Translations under genes and position numbers: made by a program
Part shown: positions 24,388-36,800 of the stretch, piece by piece
Layout of the letters: the number at the start of each line of letters is the position of its first letter
Position numbering within the stretch: position 1 is the first letter of the stretch
Notes under the pieces: generated by a model
The model's database searches: none
What the model was told of the DNA's origin: nothing
Seen by the model: the letters and a program-made list of their open reading frames with translations, nothing else
Source: Eledone cirrhosa
Taxonomy: Eukaryota
NCBI GenBank assembly: GCA_964016885.1
Contig: OZ024765.1
Span: 7,006,001-7,070,000 of the forward strand
DNA: 64,000 bases
Direction of reading: 5' to 3'

Positions 24388-24535
24388 GAAGTGTTCCAAA
24401 AAGCGGGGCTGGACTAATCTTCTTTAACCATCCTTGGAAACTCCTTGAGATAGTACCTAGTGCTCCTATGACAATCAGGACGACCTTGATTTCATGGCAG
24501 TTCCAAATCTTTTTTAACTCTCACTTTAAATCCTA
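24388..24535 (-). mobile_element. Short second R4/Dong-type RLE fragment
   Basis: Minus strand reads approximately DLK*ELKKIWNCHEIKVVLIVIGALGTIS. Confidence 0.65.
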
Positions 24536-24747
24536 TTATTAGTGGATTGGCAGTATCGATAGGGGGTCGGACGCCATGCTTTGAAGCATAGAGTTACCTC
24601 CCTTAACTTTGCCTTTCATCCTTACGGGGTTGATATTCTTGAGACACGAAAATATGCTCTACTATTTTGGAAAAAACTTTTTAGTTACACTCACATAAAG
24701 CTACATTTATATATAATCGTTCTTCACTAGTCACATTCACTCATCTC

Positions 24748-25454
24748 GGTCATTTACTATTTTACGTTCACAAACTCAAATAAACATTATCGCTAGTTAT
24801 GTCTGGAGTTCGAAAGTGAAACTGTTAAGCGGTGAACCACAAGTAAAATTACTGACTAGGGGTTAGGGTTAGGTTATTTATTGAAAAAGAGAGAGAAAAA
24901 TTATTAGATACAAAAAGAGACATAGAATTAAGTGATATTTTTGATGAAAAAATTTAGTTTCATCCACTTCCACCGTCATTGGTTCTCCATCCTCATTAAT
25001 CCCACCTGTTTGTTGGGGGTTTTGCTCAAGCCACATCTCACATGCCTCGCAACAAAAATTACACCAATCTACTGCAATACCATGTTTTGCCATCAGATAT
25101 ATCACCTCTGTTAATTAGGAAGCATTCAACACTACAGGAGTCACAAATCAAAGTATTGCGTAAAAGCCGTCTACGTGCACACCACTGTATACAGCTCCAA
25201 GTACAGTTACATCTCTTGCAAGTTTGGTTATATTATATTTCTCAGCCAAAATTTGAGTGCTATTCATTACTTCATCTGGCGGAACAATATATTTTGGCGC
25301 AGTAGCAGGTCGACCTCCAGGTCAGAAGTGAAAGTAATTTTCAAAAGTGAAACTTTTAAGCTTAATTCACCGCTTAACAGTTTCACTTTCGACCTCCATA
25401 CATAACTAGCGATAATGTTTATTTGAGTTTGTGAACATAAAATAGTAAATTACC
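24748..25454 (-). mobile_element. Internally deleted Merlin (IS1595/IS1016-like) DNA transposon
   Basis: ~90-bp TIRs starting GGT(C/A)ATTTACTATTTTA. 8-bp TSD CTCATCTC/CTCATCTA. Internal peptide VDWCNFC...GGINEDGEPMTVEVDETKFFHQKYH matches the Merlin VDWxNF...GG...VEIDES/TKF...KY motif. Confidence 0.88.
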
Positions 25455-28400
25455 CTCATCTATATATATATTGCCATATCTAAATCCATAAATCTCTTTT
25501 TCTATTAAGCAATAAAACAAAACACTCTCTCTCTCACTATATATATATATATATATATGTATACTAACACACCAGATCTCAGAAACAAAACATATATACA
25601 TACCTCTGTACACACGCATACATTTTATGTTCTTCGTATATTTTTCACATTAACAACCAACGAAGCATGCTAGTTTCATTTCTCTCCTACCATCGGACAC
25701 AGGCGCTGTTTTGTACGTAAATAAACCCCTTATCAACAGTCTTTCCATTACATCACATAGAGTTTATGCCTCATCTTTTACATATTAAGCAGGGTTCTAT
25801 CCTTCCTAGCTCTGAGCCCTTTTTTATTCCAGTCGGAACTTATATTTTGCATAGAGATGCTACTACTGTAAACACATGTACCAACTTTTATATATAGCTA
25901 CCTCTTCTAAGAAACAAAACTAAATATTCTCTCTATATGTTCATAGTTACCCTTTCTAACAAACTAAGCCTTCTCTCAACACTATATATACATACTTTCA
26001 ATAAAATATAACCAAACTTTCTTTCTATACACATACAGCTACATTTTATTATATTTACTATAACCTTATTCTCTAGATACTGTATCATCATTCTTATATC
26101 AAGTTGCTTCATCTTAGGGAGCCTCAGCTATTTGAAATCACCACCTCCAGCTCTACCTTTACTGTGGCTTCCTGGCATTTCTTCACTCATATTTCTGTAC
26201 CAACTCAATCTTCTCTCTTGCACATTTCAGATCCTTTCTTTACCAGAGTCACATTTTCAGCATGAAAATATACACACGCCTCACCAAATTTTATGTGATA
26301 AAAATTCACAAATTTAATCAAAGGTATGATCTTGTTTTTGAAAACTAATCTCCCCTATATTATTAGGCCCAATTTGAGATAAACAAACCCTCAACACAGA
26401 GAAGCATCCTCTCTTTTGGACTTCTGCATCACTTACAAGTAATCCATAATAATATATGAAACTGTTTCTAAATGCTTGTTTGTCTTTCAATCATTCCACC
26501 TCACTGTTTGGGAACCACTGGCCTAAGCTATTCTAGAGCATTATTACTATTTGTAATGCTATGTCAGCCATGTAGTATCAAGAGATACACACACATAAAG
26601 CTATTTCATTAGACACTATATACATTATTCTTAGACTTGGATTGTTGAAGCTCACAGAGGAGAGATGATGTGCTGAAGAGGACCTGTCCCACCCTTGCAA
26701 GCAGGCGTAAAATGATGATGATGACAGCTACATGTCTAAGACATGTAGCTAAATCTTCTCCACAGAGGAAACTACTTCCATCTTTGAAGAAAGTAAACAA
26801 ATTGTGAAATAAAAAAGAATAAACCAAACGTTTTCTTTGTTGCTTCATTATTTCTATCGTGTGTGTAATTATATACCTCTTCTTTTCAGAAACTAAATCT
26901 CTCTCCATATACATTAATAAAAGTTTCTATACATATAGCTACATTCTTTTTCGCTTTGTAGATGAGGTATATTTAAATGTAGCTGTACATACATATCCAC
27001 CTGATGTAAGAAACTACTTTCTTCTAGCTGTATATATAGATGTAAGATACTTTTCCCTATATAAACCCATTCTCTAGATTACTGTATATAACTTTACATA
27101 TAATATCTGTATACCTTCTTTATACAGGGAAGTACTACTACTGTCTTCCTTAGGGACGAACATGTGAAATAAAAGAAATTAAATAAATAAAACACTTTTT
27201 TGTTGTTGATCTTTTTTATTTCTTCAAACTGTGTGTATATATATATATATATATATATACATATATATATACACACACAACTGCAGGCTGACCAAGATAC
27301 TCTCATGGAATGACCAGATCAGGTTTATTATTCAACATCCCTGGAAAGAAAGAGTAAGAAGAGTTTAAATTAATGTATGCAAGATCTAGAGAGAGAAGAA
27401 GCTAAACCTCTAGAGACACATCGAGTTAGATAACCAAGCCTTCTAAACATAATACACACATAAACTTTCTTCAACTACACAGTAATAAATAAACAAAACT
27501 AAATCTCTACACAAGAAAATAGTACCTTGTTTGTTTTGACGTATATGTGACATAAAGGGATAAATAGACCGAAACAAAACGGCTAACTGTGTGTATATGA
27601 ACAGACAGAGAGAGCTAATATATATAACAAATTATAAGTGTGTGTGTATATATATATGGGTACGCAAGAGATGTAGTGGAACACTTACTAACGAGTCCGT
27701 CTTCTACCTTCATGATGAATTAGCCAAATGTAGCAGTATTAAATAGAAGCCTACTTCTAATCATTTAAGAGGATCTGAAGTGTGCAAGAGAGAAGACTGA
27801 GTTGGTACAGACATGTGGGTGAAGAAATGCCAGGAAGCCACACCAAAGGTAGATCTGGAGGAGGTGACCTCAAATTGCTGAGGTTCCCAGAGATGAAGCA
27901 ACTCGAGGTAAGATCGATGATGATACAATATCTAAAGATAATAAAATGTAGCTACTGCGTGTATGGGGGAAAAGGTTTGGTTATATTTAATAGAAAGTAT
28001 GTATATATAGTGTCGAGAGAAGGCTTAGTTTGTTAGAAGAGGTAGCTATGTACCTCTATGAATATATAGAGGGAAGATTTAGTTTTAATTCTTAGAAGGA
28101 AAGGTGTATATGAGTACATGTGTCTAGAGGGGTAGGCTTTATGTAGAGACGATTTGGTTTGAGGAGAAAAAAGGGAAAGGTATTTTCCTATGTATGATTC
28201 TCAGAAGAACGTTTATATATGTCTAAAGTAGGTAGGAAATATAGGACCCTGCTTAATATATAAAGGAGGAGGCATACACTCTATACGATGTAATGGAAAG
28301 ACTGTGTGTGCACAGGAATAATAAAAGTGGTTGAGAGCTACACCCACTGTTGATAAAGGTTTTATTTACTTACAAAAGGACACCTGTGTCCGATGGTAGG

Positions 28401-28567
28401 AGAGAAATGAAGCTAACATGCTTCGTTCGCTGTTAATATGAAAGATATAAACATCATAAAATGTATATAGAGGTTTAGTTTCTTAAAGGAGGTATGTATA
28501 TAATGTCGTGAGAGAATATTTAGTTTTGATTCTCAGAACTGCTATGTTAGTACATGTATATAGTGTG

Positions 28568-28603
<36 letters not shown>

Positions 28604-29056
28604 AGAATGTTTTGTTTTATTTGCTAGAAAAAAAAAAGAGAGATTCATGGATTTAGATGAGGTTTAGTTATTGCAATATATATACATAAGTGTATATGTC
28701 TCGTGAAAAACGTATGTGTGTGTATATATATCTAAAAATGAAAGGTTTCTTCCAGTATAGACAAGATAGTAAAGTGTATTTTCGTGTCTCAAGAATATCT
28801 GCGAGTGTTTAGCAATGAACTGAAGTATACACGGTAAATAAAACATTACAAACCTCTTTCCCCGAACACAATATCCAGAACGATGTTTACAAGAAAACAG
28901 AAGAGTTCCAATAAGGGGAAGTAATTCTAATAAACTTATTGTTTCAGACGACCCCGTAACAAGTTGAAAGCAGAGATTCTTTACTTAAACTTTAATTTGT
29001 ACTATTAATAAATAAATAAACATATATATTTATGTATGTATACATATATACATACA

Positions 29057-29245
29057 TAATTGTTTCTACTTTTGGCACAAGGCCAGCAATTACCCAGTGC
29101 ATTACTGGTACTTTATTTTATCGACCCCGTAAGGATGAAAGGCAAAGTTAACCTCGGCGGGATTTGAACTCAGATCGTAAAGGGACGTAACTATGCTGGA
29201 AAGCATGGCATCCGACCCTCTACCGATACCGCCAATCCACCGCCT
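29057..29245 (-). mobile_element. SINE family A present only in the left palindrome arm
   Basis: TSD TACATAAT; empty site in the mirror arm at ~29825-29840. Confidence 0.92.
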
Positions 29246-29249
29246 ACAT

Positions 29250-29830
29250 AATGTTACTTTGACGGCTATTTTTAGTGTATTTATTGTTGTTTTTTATGAA
29301 AAATACAAAAACCGGAAGTGAAAAAATTGAAAATACTTTGGTCAAAATCAGGCAAACTTTTTTAAACAAAAGGATTTTTTTTGTAAACAAACTTGAAATT
29401 TTTGCCAAGAAAGATAACTCTTGCCTGACTTAAACGCAAAAATTGATGCAAAAATTTTGCGTGTGTGCAATTTATAGATACTAGCATGTCCTTCTTATTT
29501 TGCAGCTTTGGGCTACTATTTCTAGCACGTATGTATGGACACTTTAGAAAGAGCAGCCAAAAGCCGCAAAACAAGATAAAATAAGAAGGACTAGCTAGCA
29601 TCTATAAATTGTACACACGCAAAATTTTTGCATCAATTTTTGCGTTTAAGTCAGACAAGAGTTATCTTTCTTGGCAAAAATTTCAAGTTTGTTTACAAAA
29701 AAAATCCTTTTGTTTAAAAAAGTTTGCCTGATTTTGACCAAAGTTTTTTCAACTTTTTCACTTCCGGTTTCTGTATTTTTCATAAAAAAACAACAATAAA
29801 TACACTAGAAATAGCAGTCAAAGTAACATT
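29250..29830. repeat. Central foldback of the giant palindrome, related to the CCGGAAGTG palindromic element in the macrosatellite
   Basis: AAAACCGGAAGTG-AAAAATTGAAAA and TTTAAGTCAGACAAGAGTTATCTTTCTTGGCAAAAAT are similar to motifs in 37337-37510. Confidence 0.8.
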
Positions 29831-31504
29831 ATGTATGTATATATGTATACATACATAAATATATATGTTTATTTATTTATTAATAGTACAAATTAAAGTT
29901 TAAGTAAAGAATCTCTGCTTTCAACTTGTTACGGGATCGTCTGAAACAATAAGTTTATTAGAATTACTTCCCCCTTGTTGGAACTCTTCTGTTTTCTTGT
30001 CAGTCTTCATTACTGAATTGAGCTGGTAACATCGTTCTGGATATTGTGTTCGGGGAAAGAGGTTTGTAATGTTTTATTTACCGTGTATACTTCAGTTCAT
30101 TGCTAAACACTCGCAGATATTCTTGAGACACGAAAATACACTTTACTATCTTGTCTATACTGGAAGAAACCTTTCGTTTTTAGATATATATATACACACA
30201 CATGTTCTTCACAACACTTATATTGCCATAACTAAACCTTCTCTAAATCCATACATCTCTTTTTTCTTCTTCTTCTCTCTCTCGATACACACACACACAC
30301 TATATATATATACATGTATTAACATAGCAGTTCTGAGAATCAAAACTAAATATTCTCTCGACATTATATACATACCTCCTTTAAGAAACTAAACCTTTTA
30401 TGATCTTCACTATATCTTTCACATTAACACCCAACGAAGCATACTAGCTTCATTTCTCTCCTACCATCGGACACAGGCGTCCTTTTGTAAGTAAATATCT
30501 TTATCAACAGTGGGTGTAGCTCTCAACCACTTTTATTATTCCTGTGCACACAGTCTTTCCATTACATCGTATAGAGTTTATGCCTGCTCCTTTATATATT
30601 AAGCAAGGTCCTATCTTTCTTTCTTACTTTAGACATATATAAACGTTTTTCTAAGAATCATACCTAAAACTTTTTTATACATAGGAAAATAAAGCCTACC
30701 CCTCTAGACACATTTACTCATATACACCTTTTCTTCTAAGAATTAAAACTAAATCTTCCCTCTATATATTCATAGAGGTACATAGCTACCTCTTTTAACA
30801 AACTAAGCCTTCTCTCGACACTATATATACATACCTTCTATGAAATATAACCAAACCTTTTCCCCATACACGCAGTAGCTACATTTTATTATCTTTATAT
30901 ATTGTATCATCATCGATCTTATGTCGAGTTGCTTCATCTCTAGGAACATCAGCAATTTGAGATCACCTCCTCCAGATCTACCTTTGGTGTGGCTTCCTGG
31001 CATTTCTTCACCCACATGTCTGTACCAACTCAGTCTTCTCTATTGCACACTTCAGATCCTCTTAAATGATTAGAAGTAGGCTTCTATTTAATACTGCTAC
31101 ATTTGGCTAATTCATCATGAAGGTAGAAGACAGATCGTTAGTAAGTGTTTCACTACATCTCTTGGGTTGTTATATATATATATATATATATAGTTCTCTC
31201 TGTCTGTTCATATACACACAGTTAGCCGTTTTGTTTCGGTTTATTTATCCTTTTATGTCACATATACGTCAACACAAACAAGGTACTAGTTTCTTGTGTA
31301 GAGATTTAGTTTTTTAATTTATTACTGTATAGTTGAAGAAAGTTTATGTCTGTATTATGTATAGAAGGCTTGGTTGTGTCTCTAGAGGTTTAGCTTCTCC
31401 TCTCACTAGATCTTGCATACATTAATTTATACTCTTACTTTTTATTAATAAATGTTTCTTTCCAAGGATGTTGAAAAATAAACCTGATCTGGTCAGCCTG
31501 CAGT

Positions 31505-31561
<57 letters not shown>

Positions 31562-31678
31562 TTTGAAGAAATAAAAAAGACCTACAAAAAAGTGTTTAAT
31601 TTATTTAATTTCTTTTATTTCACATTTTCGTCCCTATGGAAGAAGTATGTATTTCTTCCTGTATCGAGAAGGTATACA

Positions 31679-33295
31679 TCTATATAAAACTGTAGTTGTC
31701 CACATTTCTACTCCGATTGACTTCAAACTTGCATTTACGGATTCCTTGCGGTCTAAAGATATTAACTGCAGCTTTTAATTTTCAATTTTCTGTTGTTAAA
31801 GGGGTGTTAGTCGCCGGTTACCGATCTCCGTCGCGCCCTTATAATATCTGGCTGTCTGCATAACGATATTATGACAAACAAATGAGGTTTACTTTTCAAC
31901 ATGCAAGATTTCACAGCCCTAGCATCACTCCTTCGTAGTGAGCCTATGAACTTTTAAGCCTACCTTCGTATATGTAAACAATGTATTTATTTAATATACA
32001 AATAATTACTATTGCTACAGTTAAAAAAATGTACAAAAAATACTTTAAATTCAGTTTTTAATTCATGCAACAATTGTGTAAATAAACTGTGAAAGAAATT
32101 TGAACCCATTTTAAACGATGGGAGATTCTTTAGTTTCTTTCGCAGCATCTTCTTCCTTGCTTCATATAAGTAAATAATTAAAACATTTTGTCGAGAGAGA
32201 AACTAAAAGAAAAAATAAAAGGCAGCCATTACCCTCCCATGGTGCAACGGGGCAGGTAAATGATTTGGCGATTTAGCGACATCAGTTCCTCGAATTTCTC
32301 TGAGCCGAAAACGATCACTCCGTCTTTACTTAATCGCAAAAATGGGTTCAAAAATTATTTCGAATTTCTTTAACAGTTTATTTACACTATTGTTACATGA
32401 ATTAAAAACTGAATTTAAAGTATTTTTTAACTGTAACAATAGTAATTATTTGTATATTAAATAAATACATTGTTTACATATACGAAGGTAGGCTTAAAAG
32501 TTCATAGGCTCGCTATGATGGAGTGATGCTAGGGCTGTGAAATCTTGCATGTTGAAAAATAAACCTCATTTGGTCAATCCATGAGAGTATCTTGGTCAGC
32601 CTACCCTCGTATATTATTTAGGGATATTTAGTCGCCATTTCTAGTATTTTTAACCGCTGAAGAGGGTTTTAATTAGTTTAGTGAGATATTCTAGGTTAAA
32701 CTGTTGAATATGGCCATATTTGAGGGTTGTTTGACCACTAAAACTATCATTATTAATAATATTTCTAGCATTCAGTAGACTCTTCGTTTTACTGTCTTTC
32801 ATTTAAGGGAAACAACTCATTCAACTTACTATTTTGTAAAATCTTTACCTTTCACTTTACTAAGTTGCTTTCTTGATAACTTTCACAATTATACAGATTA
32901 CTAATTGAGATTTTGTAGGGATACTTTAAGGTCAAAGGTAGAAAGGGTCGCAGAAGTTGATTTTTCTGAAATCAGTGTTAGTCGTTTAGTTTACATATTG
33001 AGACCCACATATATATATATATTATATACATACACACGCAACAAATACCAACTAAACGGAGCATTGGCAAATGAATCTTCGAGGTAAGCTGTTAGTTCAC
33101 GCGGGATTCTCTGCTACACCTTTTCGTAATACCGAACAACGTACTGCTGGTCACTCCTTCCTCCAAAAGAAGTACAAGTTTCCTGTCGGTATATTAACCT
33201 GAGTTTTTAACAGGCACTCACAAATAAACGTTTCTCATTGGAGGTGCTGTTACCAATGTTCTTCTTACTCGTGCAACGCCGGGATACACTGCTCG
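31679..33295 (+). mobile_element. Probable non-autonomous Helitron-like insertion in the right palindrome arm, containing a nested foldback
   Basis: Starts A|TCTATATA and ends with a GC hairpin-like CTCGTGCAACGCCGGG then CTGCTCG|T (degenerate CTAG). Arm symmetry breaks at 31678 and resumes at ~33310. No TSD. Confidence 0.55.
31879..32572. repeat. Foldback with ~230-bp arms, each carrying an outward-facing mariner-like end
   Basis: CAAATGAGGTTTA...GAACCCATTT is mirrored. Arms contain TACGAAGGTAGGCTTAAAAGTTCATAGGCT, resembling mariner TIRs. Confidence 0.8.
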
Positions 33296-33656
33296 TATAT
33301 AATAAAAGAAGATATATGTATGTAAAGTTATATATAGAGAGAGTATCTAGAAAACGGGTTTATGTCAGGGAAAAGTTTCTTACTATATAGGAGTATATAT
33401 ACACACAGAAGGTAGTTTGTTACATCAGGTGTATATGTATGAACAGCTACATTTAAATGTACCTCGTCTATAGAGCAAAGAAGAATGTAGCTATATATAG
33501 ATAAAGTTTCCTTACTGTTATAGAGAACGAGATTTAATTACTCAGAAGAAGATGTATATAATTACATGTCTGTGTTTAGTGAAAAACATTGTATATATAT
33601 AAATGTAGCTGTATAAATGTCTACATTCTATGTATATATTTCTATATGCAAAAGAA

Positions 33657-33828
33657 ATAATTGTTTCTACTTTTTGGCACAAGGCCAGCAATTACTCAGT
33701 GCATTACTGGTACTTTATTTTATCGACCCCGTAAGGATGAAAGGCAAAGTTAACCTCGGCGGGATTTGAACTTAGAATGGCAAGGGCCGTAACTATGCGT
33801 CAAAGCATGGCGTCCGACCCTCTACCGA
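33657..33828 (-). mobile_element. SINE family A present only in the right palindrome arm
   Basis: 14-bp TSD GCAAAAGAAATAAT at 33648-33661 and 33829-33842. Confidence 0.92.
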
Positions 33829-36800
33829 GCAAAAGAAATAATGAAGCAACAAAGAAAATGTTTGGTTTATTCGTTTACCTGCTTCAAAGATGGAAGTAGT
33901 AGTCTCCTGTGTGGAGAAGATGTAGCTGTCATCATTTTACGTCTGCTTACAAGGGTGGGACAGGTCCTCTTCAGCACATCATCTCTCCTCTGAGCTTAAA
34001 CGATCTAAGACGATTTACTTTCATTTATTTGAATAATGTATATCGTATCTAATGAAGTTGATTTGTGTGTGTGTGTGTATCTCTAGATAGTATATGGCTG
34101 ACATAGCAGTACGAATGCTCTAGAATAGCTTAGGCCAGTGGTTCCCAAACAGTGAGGTGGAATGATTGAAGGACAATCAAGGATTCAGAAAGAGGAAAAT
34201 GCTTCTTTGTGTTGATGATTTGTTTATCTCAAATTGGCCCAAGTAATATGGAGGAGATTACTCAAGAACAAAATCGTACCTTTCATTAAATTTATGTATT
34301 TTTATCACATAAAAATTTGGTGAGGCGCGTGTAAATTTTCATTCCTAAAATGCGACGTATGGCAAACAAAGGATCTGAAATGTGCAAGAGAAAAGACCGA
34401 GTTGGTACAGAAATATCGGTGAAGAAATGCCAGGAAGCAACTTTCGTAAGAAAGATGATACAGTATCTAGAGAATAAAGTTATAGAGGAGATAATAAAAT
34501 GTGTGTGTGTATTGAAAGACGGTTGGGTTATATTTAATTAAAACTGTATATATATTAGTTTGTTAGGAGAGGTAAATATGAACATATAGAGAATATTTAG
34601 TTTGGTTTCTTAGAAGAGTTTGGTACATGTGGCTGCATAATATAACTTCCGACTACAGAAACAAAAGGGGCTCAGAGCTAGGATGGATAGGACCCTGCTT
34701 AAGATGTAAAAGAGGAGGCTTAAACTGTAGACGATGTAATGGAAAGACTGTTTGCACAAGGATAATAAAAGTGGTCGAGAGCTACACCCACTGTTGACAA
34801 GAATGGGTGTCTTTACGTACAAAACGACGCCTGTGTCCGATGGTAGGATAGAAATGAAGCTAGAAATGCTTCGTTGTGTGTTAATGTGAAAGATATGGAG
34901 ATCAAAATGTGTATGTTTTGCTTCTGAGAACTGGTGTGTTAGTACATATATATATACATAGAGAGAGAGAGCAAAGTTTTGTTTCTTAAAAAAAAAGATT
35001 TATGGATTTACAGAAGGTTTAGTTATGGCAATATATATAGATAAGTGTATCTATCTAGTGAAAAACGTTTATATATAAATGTAGCTTTATGTGTGTATAT
35101 ATCTCTAATAAGGAAAGGTTTCTTCCAGTATAGACAAGACAGAAAAGCGTATTTTCGTGTCTCAAGAATATCCGCGAGTGTTTAGCAATGAATTGAAGTA
35201 TACACGTCAAGTAAAACATTACAAACCTCTTTCCACGAACATAATATCCAGAACGATTTTACCGGCTCAATTCATAAAGAAAATCTAGACTTTATTTCTC
35301 ATTGCTCTAGGCTTCATTTGAACCTATAATGACGCCGTCTGCAATAGTGTCATACGTCATTCCAGCTTAGTACGTCGTACTCGTAAATTGTTAAAAGTTT
35401 CTCATCTTCCTTCACAAGACAGATGCCTAAATAATTCTAGAGTCTTCAGTTTTCTTCTTCTCTGGGTTGTTTAAAGAGCCTCACCGTTTTTTCGGATGTC
35501 GGTTGACCATGGCCCAAAACAATGTTCTCAGTGGTATCACATATTCATCTAGAGTTTTAGATTTTTCAGCATTTAGCCAGGAAAAAGAATGTATTATTTA
35601 TATTATCCGTCTCGCTGTTTTGCTTCAACATGGTTAGCCATCTTTCAATTCATATTCATACATATTCACAATTCTTCTGTGGGTGGTATAAGAAGCTCGT
35701 TTTTTGCTCAACATTCGATACCAAAATATGCTTCCTTTTTATAACTTCGTTGTACGAATATAATAATTACGAATATATAATACAAGCCATGTAAATACAT
35801 ATATAGCTGCTTATTAACTCTTTCCCGAAACATTTATTTCTTCAAAATAAGGTAAGACATCTCGAAAAATATTATAAGGCGTTTCAATAATTATTCCATT
35901 TCCGTCAATTTCTCATTTCAGGTTTCTTTAGAAATGTGATGGCGTTGAAGATACATATATTTGTTCTTCTCATGGTAATTAGTTTGTTTCAAAATTGTTC
36001 GTATTGTTTCCATGTTGAGTGTCACAAACTATCGTGAATTCAAGATTTTGCTCTAATGTAATAAATGTTAATTTTAAAAGACTGAAGCTCTCAATTTTTT
36101 CTTTTTCTTGTATATTGATATCTAAAGAATGGCAACTGTGTGTGTTATGTGATAGGAGAAAAAAACGACGGCCTTCTTCCATCGCTATAGAAGGCTAACT
36201 GACAATGTCGTTCGTAGGAATGACAAGTACTCGCCAACAGTGAGCATCACATATTTAGTGATGGTCACCTCTTACTGCCTTTTATATACCATGTTAACTG
36301 GAAAGACGTGACAAATAAGGATACACTCTGCTCTCCTTATCAACATTGTCCGAGTCTGAGGACCTTTCCTCCCTGGTTAAGGAGTGAGATAAAATATTAG
36401 GGATCAATCTCTACTAATAATTTCATTAAATCATATTTAACCAGAGACTGTTATGTCGTGGTTGTTGCTATATTTTATAGCCGTGGTTTCAATGTTTAAC
36501 AGGGGTTGTAGAATTAGCTTTATCTAATTATTATAAAAAAAAACATATTTATATATTGTCGTCGTTGTACGTTAAAATCACATATATATTTATATACACA
36601 CCAAGGATGGAGGGACGACGGAATTGAAAACCATTATTGCTGAGTACATCACGGCAAGATCTAATACACACACACACACACACTCTCCCGTATATATTTA
36701 ATAATCAGCTATGACCATGAAGAAGGTCCCTGTAGATCATCTGGTTGTAGGATCTAATGAACCCGAAAGAAAGTGAAAATATATTTTATGAAAGCCCCAG

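Larger units (their letters stand above)
23043..35280. repeat. ~12-kb compound palindrome centred near 29,530, with four alternating copies of one module
   Basis: 27110-29480 mirrors 29590-31678. Segments 23100-23185, 24632-24745 and 25455-27110 mirror 33310-35280. The landmark TTTCTCTCCTACCATCGGACACAGG occurs + at ~25680, - at ~28385, + at ~30455 and - at ~34830. Confidence 0.9.

Noticed and set aside
24859-24876. Telomere or chromosome end
   Set aside because: Fewer than three TTAGGG-like units, located inside a transposon.
27782-28036. 84-aa ORF starting MQERRLSWYRHV, mirrored at 30821-31015
   Set aside because: Only a short decayed RTE motif (RRLxWxGHV) embedded in the palindrome module; the rest is non-coding.
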